From NCBI GenBank assembly GCA_964247055.1, contig OZ176056.1, forward strand, positions 2,170,001-2,234,000: DNA of 64,000 nucleotides, given 5' to 3'. A program made the position numbers and the translations under genes. The stretch is from Paragordius varius (Eukaryota > Animalia > Nematomorpha). The notes under the pieces are model-generated. The model worked only from the letters and a program-made list of their open reading frames with translations. It did no database searches and was not told the origin of the DNA. Below, piece after piece: positions 26,601-39,990 of this stretch; within the stretch, counting starts at the first letter, position 1; each line of letters begins with the position of its first letter.

Positions 26601-29600
26601 TTTACTGTAAAGGCTAAACAGATTGAGTTATTTTGTGCATCCACTCATCACCCAAGCCCCAATTCAGTAACAAGATAGATGGTCTTTTGGCTGTTAACGA
26701 GTTGAGAATTGATTGAAAACAGATTTTGCCGGACGGTTTATTGTAAGACTTGGCTAACTTGAGTTTACTGTAAAGACTAAACAGATTAAGTTTTTGTGCA
26801 TCCACTCATCACCGAAGCCCCAATTCAGTAACAAGATAGATGGTCTTTTGGTTGTTAACGATTTGAGAAATGATTGAAAACAGATTTTCCCGAACGGTTT
26901 ATTGTAAGATTTGGCTAACTTGAGTTTACTGTAAAGACTAAACAGATTAAGTTATTTTGAGCATCCACTCATCACCGAAGCCCCAATTCAGTAACAAGAT
27001 AGACGGTGTTTTGGTTGTTAACGAGTTGAGAATTGATTGAAAACAGATTTTGCCGGACGGTTTATTGTAAGATTTGGCTAACTTGAGTTTAATGTAAAGG
27101 ACTAAACAGATTAAAGTATTATTGTGCACATCCACTCATCACCAAACCCCCAATTCAGCAACAAGATAGATGGTGTTTTAGTTGTTAACAAGTTGAGGAT
27201 TGATAGAAAACAGATTTTGCCGGACGGCTTATTGTAACACTTGGCTAATTTGATAAAGGACTAAACAGATAAACGTATTATTGTGTACATCCACTCATCA
27301 CTGAAGCCCCAATTCAGTAACAAGATAGATGGTGTTTTGGTTGTTAACGAGTTGAGAATTGATTGAAAACAGATTTTGCCGGACGGTTTATTGTAAGATT
27401 TGGCTAACTTGAGTTTTTTGTAAAGGACTAAACAGATTAAAGTATTATTTTGTACATCCACTCATCACCGAAGCCCCAATTCAGTAAAAGATAGATGGTG
27501 TTTTGGTTGTTAACGAGTTGAGAATTGATTGAAAACAGATTTTGCCGGACGGTTTATTGTAAGATTTGGCTAACTTGAGTTTAATGTAAAGGACTAAACA
27601 GATTAAAGTATTATTGTGCACATCCACTCATCACCAAACCCCCAATTCAGCAGCAAGATAGATGGTGTTTTAGTTGTTAACAAGTTGAGGATTGATAGAA
27701 AACAGATTTTGCCGGACGGCTTATTGTAAGATTTGGCTAACTTGAGTTTTTTGTAAAGGACTAAACAGATTAAAGTATTATTTTGTACATCCACTCATCA
27801 CCGAAGCCCCAATTCAGTAACAAGATAGATGGTGTTTTAGTTGTTAACAAGTTGAGAATTGATAGAAAACAGATTTTGCCGGACGGCTTATTGTAACACT
27901 TGGCTAATTTGATAAAGGACTAAACAGATTAACGTATTATTGTGTACATCCACTCATCACCGAAGCCCCAATTCAGTAACAAGATAGATGGTGTTTTGGT
28001 TGTTAACGAGTTGAGAATTGATTGAAAACAGATTTTGCCGGACGGTTTATTGTAAGATTTGGCTAACTTGAGTTTAATGTAAAGGACTAAACAGATTAAA
28101 GTATTATTGTGCACATCCACTCATCACCAAACCCCTAATTCAGCAACAAGATAGATGGTGTTTTAGTTGTTAACAAGTTGAGGATTGATAGAAAACAGAT
28201 TTTGCCGGACGACTTATTGTAACACTTGGCTAATTTGATAAAGGACTAAACAGATTAACGTATTATTGTGTACATCCACTCATCACTGAAGCCCCAATTC
28301 AGTAACAAGATAGATGGTGTTTTGGTTGTTAACGAGTTGAGAATTGCTTTAAAACAGATTTTGCCGGATGGTTTATTGTAAGATTTGGCTAATTTGAGTT
28401 TACTGTAAAGGCTAAACAGATTGAGTTATTTTGTGCATCCACTCATCACCGAAGCCCCAATTCAGTAACAAGATAGATGGTCTTTTGGTTGTTAACGAGT
28501 TGAGAATTGATTGAAAACAGATTTTGCCGGACGGTTTATTGTAAGATTTGGCTAACTTGAGTTTACTGTAAAGACTAAACAGATTAAGTTATTTTGAGCA
28601 TCCACTCATCACCGAAGCCCCAATTCAGTAACAAGATAGACGGTGTTTTGGTTGTTAACGAGTTGAGAATTGATTGAAAACAGATTTTGCCGGACGGTTT
28701 ATTGTAAGATTTGGTTAACTTAAGTTTACTGTAAAGGCTAAACAGATTGAGTTATTTTGTGCATCCACTCATCACCCAAGCCCCAATTCAGTAACAAGAT
28801 AGATGGTCTTTTGGCTGTTAACGAGTTGAGAATTGATTGAAAACAGATTTTGCCGGACGGTTTATTGTAAGACTTGGCTAACTTGAGTTTACTGTAAAGA
28901 CTAAACAGATTAAGTTTTTGTGCATCCACTCATCACCGAAGCCCCAATTCAGTAACAAGATAGATGGTCTTTTGGTTGTTAACGATTTGAGAAATGATTG
29001 AAAACAGATTTTCCCGAACGGTTTATTGTAAGATTTGGCTAACTTGAGTTTACTGTAAAGACTAAACAGATTAAGTTATTTTGAGCATCCACTCATCACC
29101 GAAGCCCCAATTCAGTAACAAGATAGACGGTGTTTTGGTTGTTAACGAGTTGAGAATTGATTGAAAACAGATTTTGCCGGACGGTTTATTGTAAGATTTG
29201 GCTAACTTGAGTTTAATGTAAAGGACTAAACAGATTAAAGTATTATTGTGCACATCCACTCATCACCAAACCCCCAATTCAGCAACAAGATAGATGGTGT
29301 TTTAGTTGTTAACAAGTTGAGGATTGATAGAAAACAGATTTTGCCGGACGGCTTATTGTAACACTTGGCTAATTTGATAAAGGACTAAACAGATAAACGT
29401 ATTATTGTGTACATCCACTCATCACTGAAGCCCCAATTCAGTAACAAGATAGATGGTGTTTTGGTTGTTAACGAGTTGAGAATTGATTGAAAACAGATTT
29501 TGCCGGACGGCTTATTGTAACACTTGGCTAATTTGATAAAGGACTAAACAGATTAACGTATTATTGTGTACATCCACTCATCACCGAAGCCCCAATTCAG

Positions 29601-32600
29601 TAACAAGATAGATGGTGTTTTGGTTGTTAACGAGTTGAGAATTGATTGAAAACAGATTTTGCCGGACGGTTTATTGTAAGATTTGGCTAACTTGAGTTTA
29701 ATGTAAAGGACTAAACAGATTAAAGTATTATTGTGCACATCCACTCATCACCAAACCCCTAATTCAGCAACAAGATAGATGGTGTTTTAGTTGTTAACAA
29801 GTTGAGGATTGATAGAAAACAGATTTTGCCGGACGGCTTATTGTAACACTTGGCTAATTTGATAAAGGACTAAACAGATTAACGTATTATTGTGTACATC
29901 CACTCATCACTGAAGCCCCAATTCAGTAACAAGATAGATGGTGTTTTGGTTGTTAACGAGTTGAGAATTGCTTTAAAACAGATTTTGCCGGATGGTTTAT
30001 TGTAAGATTTGGCTAATTTGAGTTTACTGTAAAGGCTAAACAGATTGAGTTATTTTGTCCATCCACTCATCACCGAAGCCCCAATTCAGTAACAAGATAG
30101 ATGGTCTTTTGGTTGTTAACGAGTTGAGAATTGATTGAAAACAGATTTTGCCGGACGGTTTATTGTAAGATTTGGCTAACTTGAGTTTACTGTAAAGACT
30201 AAACAGATTAAGTTATTTTGAGCATCCACTCATCACCGAAGCCCCAATTCAGTAACAAGATAGACGGTGTTTTGGTTGTTAACGAGTTGAGAATTGATTG
30301 AAAACAGATTTTGCCGGACGGTTTATTGTAAGATTTGGTTAACTTAAGTTTACTGTAAAGGCTAAACAGATTGAGTTATTTTGTGCATCCACTCATCACC
30401 CAAGCCCCAATTCAGTAACAAGATAGATGGTCTTTTGGCTGTTAACGAGTTGAGAATTGATTGAAAACAGATTTTGCCGGATGGTTTATTGTAAGATTTG
30501 GCTAACTTGAGTTTACTGTAAAGACTAAACAGATTAAGTTTTTGTGCATCCACTCATCACCGAAGCCCCAATTCAGTAACAAGATAGATGGTCTTTTGGT
30601 TGTTAACGATTTGAGAAATGATTGAAAACAGATTTTCCCGAACGGTTTATTGTAAGATTTGGCTAACTTGAGTTTACTGTAAAGACTAAACAGATTAAGT
30701 TATTTTGAGCATCCACTCATCACCGAAGCCCCAATTCAGTAACAAGATAGACGGTGTTTTGGTTGTTAACGAGTTGAGAATTGATTGAAAACAAATTTTG
30801 CCGAATGGTTAATTGTAAGACTTGGCTAACTTGAGTTTATTGTAAAGGACTAAACTGATTAAAGTATTATTGTGCACATCCACTCATCACCAAACCCCCA
30901 ATTCAGCAACAAGATAGATGGTGTTTTAGTTGTTAACAAGTTGAGGATTGATAGAAAACAGATTTTGCCGGACGGCTTATTGTAACACTTGGCTAATTTG
31001 ATAAAGGACTAAACAGATAAACGTATTATTGTGTACATCCACTCATCACTGAAGCCCCAATTCAGTAACAAGATAGATGGTGTTTTGGTTGTTAACGAGT
31101 TGAGAATTGATTGAAAACAGATTTTGCCGGACGGTTTATTGTAAGATTTGGCTAACTTGAGTTTTTTGTAAAGGACTAAACAGATTAAAGTATTATTTTG
31201 TACATCCACTCATCACCGAAGCCCCAATTCAGTAACAAGATAGATGGTGTTTTGGTTGTTAACGAGTTGAGAATTGATTGAAAACAGATTTTGCCGGACG
31301 GTTTATTGTAAGATTTGGCTAACTTGAGTTTAATGTAAAGGACTAAACAGATTAAAGTATTATTGTGCACATCCACTCATCACCAAACCCCCAATTCAGC
31401 AACAAGATAGATGGTGTTTTAGTTGTTAACAAGTTGAGGATTGATAGAAAACAGATTTTGCCGGACGGCTTATTGTAAGATTTGGCTAACTTGAGTTTTT
31501 TGTAAAGGACTAAACAGATTAAAGTATTATTTTGTACATCCACTCATCACCGAAGCCCCAATTCAATAACAAGATAGATGGGGTTTTGGTTGTTAACGAG
31601 TTGAGAATTGATTGAAAACAGATTTTGCCGGACGGTTTATTGTAAGATTTGGCTAACTTGAGTTTAATGTAAAGGACTAAACAGATTAAAGTATTATTGT
31701 GTACATCCACTCATCACCGAACCCCCAATTCAGTAACAAGATAGATGGTGTTTTAGTTGTTAACGAGTTGAGAATTGATTGAAAACAGATTTTGCCGGAC
31801 GGTTTATTGTAAGATTTGGCTAACTTGAGTTTAATGTAAAGGACTAAACAGATTAAAGTATTATTGTGCACATCCACTCATCACCAAACCCCCAATTCAG
31901 CAACAAGATAGATGGTGTTTTAGTTGTTAACAAGTTGAGGATTGATAGAAAACAGATTTTGCCGGACGGCTTATTGTAACACTTGGCTAATTTGATAAAG
32001 GACTAAACAGATTAACGTATTATTGTGTACATCCACTCATCACTGAAGCCCCAATTCAGTAACAAGATAGATGGTGTTTTGGTTGTTAACGAGTTGAGAA
32101 TTGATTGAAAACAGATTTTGCCGGACGGTTTATTGTAAGATTTGGCTAACTAAAGTTTACTGTAAAGGCTAAACAGATTAAGTTATTTTGTGCATCCACT
32201 CACCACCGAAGCCCCAATTCAGTAACAAGATAGATGGTCTTTTGGTTGTTAACGAGTTGAGAATTGCTTTAAAACAGATTTTGCCGGATGGTTTATTGTA
32301 AGATTTGGCTAATTTGAGTTTACTATAAAGGAACAGATTAAATTATTATTGATACATCCACTCATCACCAAACCCCCAATTCAGCAACAAGATAGATGGT
32401 GTTTTAGTTGTTAACAAGTTGAGGATTGATAGAAAACAGATTTTGCCGGACGGCTTATTGTAAGATTTGGCTAACTTGAGTTTTTTGTAAAGGACTAAAC
32501 ACATTAAAGTATTATTTTGTACATCCACTCATCACCGAAGCCCCAATTCAGTAACAAGATAGATGGTGTTTTGGTTGTTAACGAGTTGAGAATTGATTGA

Positions 32601-35600
32601 AAACAGATTTTGCCGGACGGTTTATTGTAAGATTTGGCTAACTTGAGTTTAATGTAAAGGACTAAACAGATTAAAGTATTATTGTGTACATCCACTCATC
32701 ACCGAACCCCCAATTCAGTAACAAGATAGATGGTGTTTTAGTTGTTAACGAGTTGAGAATTGATTGAAAACAGATTTTGCCGGACGGTTTATTGTAAGAT
32801 TTGGCTAACTTGAGTTTAATGTAAAGGACTAAACAGATTAAAGTATTATTGTGCACATCCACTCATCACCAAACCCCCAATTCAGCAACAAGATAGATGG
32901 TGTTTTAGTTGTGAACAAGTTGAGGATTGATAGAAAACAGATTTTGCCGGACGGCTTATTGTAACACTTGGCTAATTTGATAAAGGACTAAACAGATTAA
33001 CGTATTATTGTGTACATCCACTCATCACTGAAGCCCCAATTCAGTAACAAGATAGATGGTGTTTTGGTTGTTAACGAGTTGAGAATTGATTGAAAACAGA
33101 TTTTGCCGGACGGTTTATTGTAAGATTTGGCTAACTACTGTAAAGGCTAAACAGATTAAGTTATTTTGTGCATCCACTCACCACCGAAGCGCCAATTCAG
33201 TAACAAGATAGATGGTCTTTTGGTTGTTAACGAGTTGAGAATTGCTTTAAAACAGATTTTGCCGGATGGTTTATTGTAAGATTTGGCTAATTTGAGTTTA
33301 CTATAAAGGAACAGATTAAATTATTATTGATACATCCACTCATCACCAAACCCCCAATTCAGCAACAAGATAGATGGTGTTTTAGTTGTTAACAAGTTGA
33401 GGATTGATAGAAAACAGATTTTGCCGGACGGCTTATTGTAAGATTTGGCTAACTTGAGTTTTTTGTAAAGGACTAAACACATTAAAGTATTATTTTGTAC
33501 ATCCACTCATCACCGAAGCCCCAATTCAGTAACAAGATAGATGGTGTTTTGGTTGTTAACGAGTTGAGAATTGATTGAAAACAGATTTTGCCGGACGGTT
33601 TATTGTAAGATTTGGCTAACTTGAGTTTAATGTAAAGGACTAAACAGATTAAAGTATTATTGTGTACATCCACTCATCACCGAACCCCCAATTCAGTAAC
33701 AAGATAGATGGTGTTTTAGTTGTTAACGAGTTGAGAATTGATTGAAAACAGATTTTGCCGGACGGTTTATTGTAAGATTTGGCTAACTTGAGTTTAATGT
33801 ATAGGACTAAACAGATTAAAGTATTATTGTGCACATCCACTCATCACCAAACCCCCAATTCAGCAACAAGATAGATGGTGTTTTAGTTGTTAACAAGTTG
33901 AGGATTGATAGAAAACAGATTTTGCCGGACGGCTTATTGTAACACTTGGCTAATTTGATAAAGGACTAAACAGATTAACGTATTATTGTGTACATCCACT
34001 CATCACTGAAGCCCCAATTCAGTAACAAGATAGATGGTGTTTTGGTTGTTAACGAGTTGAGAATTGATTGAAAACAGATTTTGCCGGACGGTTTATTGTA
34101 AGATTTGGCTATCTTAAGTTTACTGTAAAGGCTAAACAGATTAAGTTATTTTGTGCATCCACTCACCACCGAAGCCCCAATTCAGTAACAAGATAGATGG
34201 TCTTTTGGTTGTTAACGAGTTGAGAATTGCTTTAAAACAGATTTTGCCGGATGGTTTATTGTAAGATTTGGCTAATTTGAGTTTACAATAAAGGAACAGA
34301 TTAAATTACTATTGATACATCCACTCATCACCAAACCCCCAATTCAGCAACAAGATAGATCGTGTTTTAGTTGTTAACAAGTTGAGGATTGATAGAAAAC
34401 AGATTTTGCCGGACGGCTTATTGTAACACTTGGCTAATTTGATAAAGGACTAAACAGATTAACGTATTATTGTGTACATCCACTCATCACTGAAGCCCCA
34501 ATTCAGTAACAAGATAGATGGTCTTTTCGTTGTTAACGAGTTGAGAATTGATTGAAAACAGATTTTGCCGGACGGTTTATTGTAAGATTTGGCTAACTTA
34601 AGTTTACTGTAAAGGCTAAACAGATTAAGTTATTTTGTGCATCCACTCATCACCGAAGCCCCAATTCAGTAACAAGATAGATGGTGTTTTGGTTGATAAC
34701 GAGTTGAGAATTGATTGAAAACAGATTTTGCCGGACGGTTTATTGTAAGATTTGGCTAACATGAGTTTACTCTAAAGCAGATTAAAGTATTATTGGTACA
34801 TCCACTCATCACCGAAGCCACCATTCAGCAACATGATAGGTGGTGTTTTAGTTGTTAACAAGTTGAGGATTGATAGAAAACAGATTTTGCCGGACGGCTT
34901 ATTGTAACACTTGGCTAATTTGATAAAGGACTAAACAGATAAACGTATTATTGTGTACATCCACTCATCACCGAAGCCCCAATTCAGTAACAAGATAGAT
35001 GGTGTTTTGGTTGTTAACGAGTTGAGAATTGATTGAAAACAGATTTTGCCGGACGGTTTATTGTAAGATTTGGCTAACTTAAGTTTACTGTAAAGGCTAA
35101 ACAGATTAAGTTATTTTGTGCATCCACTCACCACCGAAGCCCCAATTCAGTAACAAGATAGATGGTCTTTTGGTTGTTAACGAGTTGAGAATTGCTTTAA
35201 AACAGATTTTGCCGGATGGTTTATTGTAAGATTTGGCTAATTTGAGTTTACAATAAAGGAACAGATTAAATTACTATTGATACATCCACTCATCACCAAA
35301 CCCCCAATTCAGCAACAAGATAGATCGTGTTTTAGTTGTTAACAAGTTGAGGATTGATAGAAAACAGATTTTGCCGGACGGCTTATTGTAACACTTGGCT
35401 AATTTGATAAAGGACTAAACAGATTAACGTATTATTGTGTACATCCACTCATCACTGAAGCCCCAATTCAGTAACAAGATAGATGGTCTTTTCGTTGTTA
35501 ACGAGTTGAGAATTGATTGAAAACAGATTTTGCCGGACGGTTTATTGTAAGATTTGGCTAACTTAAGTTTACTGTAAAGGCTAAACAGATTAAGTTATTT

Positions 35601-38215
35601 TGTGCATCCACTCATCACCGAAGCCCCAATTCAGTAACAAGATAGATGGTGTTTTGGTTGATAACGAGTTGAGAATTGATTGAAAACAGATTTTGCCGGA
35701 CGGTTTATTGTAAGATTTGGCTAACATGAGTTTACTCTAAAGCAGATTAAAGTATTATTGGTACATCCACTCATCACCGAAGCCACCATTCAGCAACATG
35801 ATAGGTGGTGTTTTAGTTGTTAACAAGTTGAGGATTGATAGAAAACAGATTTTGCCGGACGGCTTATTGTAACACTTGGCTAATTTGATAAAGGACTAAA
35901 CAGATAAACGTATTATTGTGTACATCCACTCATCACCGAAGCCCCAATTCAGTAACAAGATAGATGGTGTTTTGGTTGATAACGAGTTGAGAATTGATTG
36001 AAAACATATTTTGCCGGACGGTTTATTGTAAGATTTGGCTAACTTGAGTTTCATGTAAAGGACTAAACAGATTAAAGTATTATTGTGCACATCCACTCAT
36101 CACCGAACCCCCAATTCAGCAACAAGATAGATGGTGTTTTAGTTGTTAACAAGTTGAGGATTGATAGAAAACAGATTTTGCCGGACGGCTTATTGTAACA
36201 CTTGGCTAATTTGATAAAGGACTAAACAGATTAACGTGTTATTGTGTACATCCACTCATCACTGAAGCCCCAATTCAGTAACAAGATAGATGGTCTTTTC
36301 GTTGTTAACGAGTTGAGAATTGATTGAAAACAGATTTTGCCGGACGGTTTATTGTAAGATTTGGCTAACTTAAGTTTACTGTAAAGGCTAAACAGATTAA
36401 GTTATTTTGTGCATCCACTCATCACCGAAGCCCCAATTCAGTAACAAGATAGATGGTCTTTTGGTTGTTAACGAGTTGAGAATTGCTTTAAAACAGATTT
36501 TGCCGGACGGTTTATTGTAAGATTTGGCTAATTTGAGTTTACTGTAAAGGAACAGATTAAATTATTATTGATACATCGACTCATCACCGAAGCCACCATT
36601 CAGCAACAAGATAGATGGTGTTTTGGTTGTTAACGAGTTGAGAATTGATTGAAAACAGATTTTGCCGGACGGCTTATTGTAACACTTGGCTAATTTGATA
36701 AAGGACTAAACAGATTAACGTATTATTGTGTACATCCACTCATCACCGAAGCCCCAATTCAGTAACAAGATAGATGGTGTTTTGGTTGTTAACGAGTTGA
36801 GAATTGATTGAAAACAGATTTTGCCGGACGGTTTATTGTAAGATTTGGTTAACTTAAGTTTACTGTAAAGGCTAAACAGATTGAGTTATTTTGTGCATCC
36901 ACTCATCACCGAAGCCCCAATTCAGTAACAAGATAGATGGTCTTTTGGTTGTTAACGAGTTGAGAATTGATTGAAAACAGATTTTGCCGAACGGTTTATT
37001 GTAAGATTTGGCTAACTTGAGTTTACTGTAAAGACTAAACAGATTAAGTTATTTTGAGCATCCACTCATCACCGAAGCCCCAATTCAGTAACAAGATAGA
37101 CGGTGTTTTGGTTGTTAACGAGTTGAGAATTGATTGAAAACAGATTTTGCCGGACGGTTTATTGTAAGATTTGGTTAACTTAAGTTTACTGTAAAGGCTA
37201 AACAGATTGAGTTATTTTGTGCATCCACTCATCACCGAAGCCCCAATTCAGTAACAAGATAGATGGTCTTTTGGTTGTTAACGAGTTGAGAATTGATTGA
37301 AAACAGATTTTGCCGGACGGTTTATTGTAAGATTTGGCTAACTTGAGTTTTTTGTAAAGGACTAAACAGATTAAAGTATTATTTTGTACATCCACTCATC
37401 ACCGAAGCCCCAATTCAGTAACAAGATAGATGGTCTTTTGGTTGTTAACGAGTTGAGAAATGATTGAAAAGAGATTTTGCCGAACGGTTTATTGTAAGAT
37501 TTGGCTAACATGAGTTTACTGTAAAGAAACAGATTAAAGTATTATTGGTACCTCCACTCATCACCGAAGCCACCATTCAGCAACAAGATAGATGGTGTAG
37601 TTGTTAACGAGTTGAGAATTGATTGAAAACAGATTTTGCCGGACGGTTTATTGTAACACTTGACTAATTTGATAAAGGACTAAACAGATTAACGTATTAT
37701 TGTGTACATCCACTCATCACCGAAGCCCCAATTCAGTAACAATATAGATGGTGTTTTGGCTGTTAACGAGTTGAGAATTGATTGAAAACAGATTTTGCCG
37801 GACGGTTTTTTGTAAGACTTGGCTAACTTGAGTTTACTGTAAAGACTAAATAGATTAAGTTATTTTGAGCATCCACTCATCACCGAAGCCCCAATTCAGT
37901 AACAAGATAGACGCTGTTTTGGTTTTTAACGAGTTGAGAATTGATTGAAAACAAATTTTGCCGAACGGTTTATTGTAAGACTTGGCTAACTTGAGTTTAT
38001 TGTAAAGGACTAAACTGATTAAAGTATTATTGTGTACATCCACTCATCACCGAAGCCCCAATTCAGTAACAAGATAGTTGGTATTTTAGTTGTTAACTAG
38101 TTGAGAATTGATTGAAAACTGATTTTGCCTAACGGTTTATTGTGAGACTTGGCTTACTTGAGTTTACCGTAAACGACTAGACAGATTGTGTACATCCACT
38201 CATCTCCCGATCTTC
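20627..38215. repeat. 17.6-kb satellite DNA array, 159-167 bp monomer variants, with higher-order repeats
   Basis: Monomer starts at 22721, 22880, 23047, 23210, 23377, 23539, 23698 (159/167/163/167/162/159 bp). Diagnostic variants recur at periods of 818, 2124, 1624, 978-985 and 965 bp. Edge monomers are diverged. Confidence 0.98.
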
Positions 38216-38758
38216 AATAATTATAGATGGGTGGAGGGTTTGTGTATTAGTGTTGTATAATTAAAAAAACATTAAATTTAATAAAATGATTGTTGCTCAA
38301 ATTATAGATGATCATGTTTTACACAATTTCAATAACGAGAAAATGTTATTTCATAAATAATGATATTACAAAGACAATATGTAAAAACTGAAAATAAAAT
38401 TTTACAAAAAGAACAGCATATTTATTATGACGTCGAATATTCTAATTATATAATTCCCATAATTAAATAAATGAGCTATTACCAATTTACCTCTCTAATA
38501 CCCACTTCACAACCCAAAGAATTTATTTAAATTAAAATACACAAAAATAGATATGGTTGTTTTTAGTTTAAAATGTCTTCTCTCTAATTTAAATTTTGGT
38601 TACACAAATAATAAAAAATGTGAAAATGTAAAATAATCATTTCAAGCTACCGAAAATTTTCTATATATTAAAAATAATATCTCATAAATTTTTTTTATAA
38701 GACATCCATCCACCTTATCAAATGACCTCACATGCTTAATCAAAATGGGCGAACACTT
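38215..38758. repeat. Conserved right flank of the satellite arrays, copy 2
   Basis: Colinear with 481-1016, ending AAAATGGGCGAACACT. Confidence 0.9.
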
Positions 38759-39179
38759 CTACCCCCCCCCTTCCTTTTTTTGAAAGCCACTAAAACAATT
38801 TAGTAAAAAAAGTACAAACGTTGCAACCTATACACCATAGATAAGATAGCACATTCACATAAATTTTAAATTTATCAAATATAATATATATGAAACTAAG
38901 TTTATTCATATTCAAATATGTACATACATGTAATTCTAATAAATTTCTTAATATGGAAATTATATATAACACATTGATTTTCGCTGCATATATTGAATGC
39001 ATCTTATGATAATGGCGAACAATGATTTAAAAAAAATTTATAATACAGATTTCAACATTAAATTTTATGACAATTTATGTAATGCAATTTATTTAACCCC
39101 TAAAATATTAAGTATATAAATGAGTTTTACTAATTGGAAAGGAAGAGGCAATTAACAGAAAAAATTTATTTTATGTAAA

Positions 39180-39990
39180 AATTTACAATTTGATAACTTA
39201 ATATTATCCATATTTATTTCTAAAATTACCTTTTCAATTGACATTGTATCTTTGTTGAATAATTGAAAAAAAAACCAAAAAGGATTCTTTTATGACAACT
39301 TTCTTTTTCTCATAATCAATATACACATACCTTACAACTTGAGAAATTTGTTCCCGGTGGGCCATATCAGGCGTGTAAATATAAGTCCATAATATTTACT
39401 TTTTTTATGTCACCGATTAATTTAGCTTTAACTCCTGAAGCTAAAGATGTAAAAACTCGTTTTGGTTGGGTGAAACATAGGATAAAGTATTAGCAATGTT
39501 TTTCGTATGTTTTCCCATTATTGGGTCAAACTGAACTACAAGTAATAAAGATAAGAGGTTTCCAAGATTTGGTGCTGAGTATCTAGATACATAAGACTTT
39601 CAACATGTCCTCGAAAAGGGAGATTTTGGGTGATTAAAAATTTCATGAAGGTCAATATTCGATGACAAATATTTCGCCATCGATCCTTTTTCTATTATAT
39701 GTGAGCTTCTAGAGCAGAATCAATTCCTGTTTTATTTATCAATCTTCTTTCCGCCTCTTTACAGTTAGGAAATCCGATGATTGATGCTATTTTCATTATG
39801 GATAAATTTATCTTTTTTCCTCCATTTAAAACCATGCGTAGTTATAAAAGATGATAGTAAGAATTAGATCGATAAAGCCAAGACTTCTCAACTTCAAATC
39901 CTTCTTTTTTACCGAAACGTCGAAAAACCAAGATTGGAGGGTGATTTTTTTTCAATGCATTTATTTTGTAATCCTTGAGATCCACGAATA
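39180..39990 (-). pseudogene. Degenerate hAT (ZMYM1/DUF4371-like) transposase, N-terminal half (missed by the ORF track)
   Basis: Manual minus-strand translation with stops and frameshifts: EKSWLYRS and HGFKWRKKDKFIHNENSINH (TTF zinc-finger-like), KDRWRNICHRILTFMKFLITQNLPFRGHVES, KAKLIGDIKKSKYYGL, HREQISQVVRYVYID..IKESFL. These are typical motifs of this hAT group. Confidence 0.8.

Noticed and set aside
20778-38043. Dozens of 60-66 aa ORFs (MDVHNNTLICLVLY...) as a tandem gene family
   Set aside because: They are translations of the satellite monomer. The period is usually not a multiple of 3, each ORF is longer than a monomer and overlaps the next, many monomers carry frameshifting indels, and starts are GTG/TTG.
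20627-38215. CRISPR array
   Set aside because: No unique spacers; the whole monomer is repeated; no cas genes; eukaryotic context.
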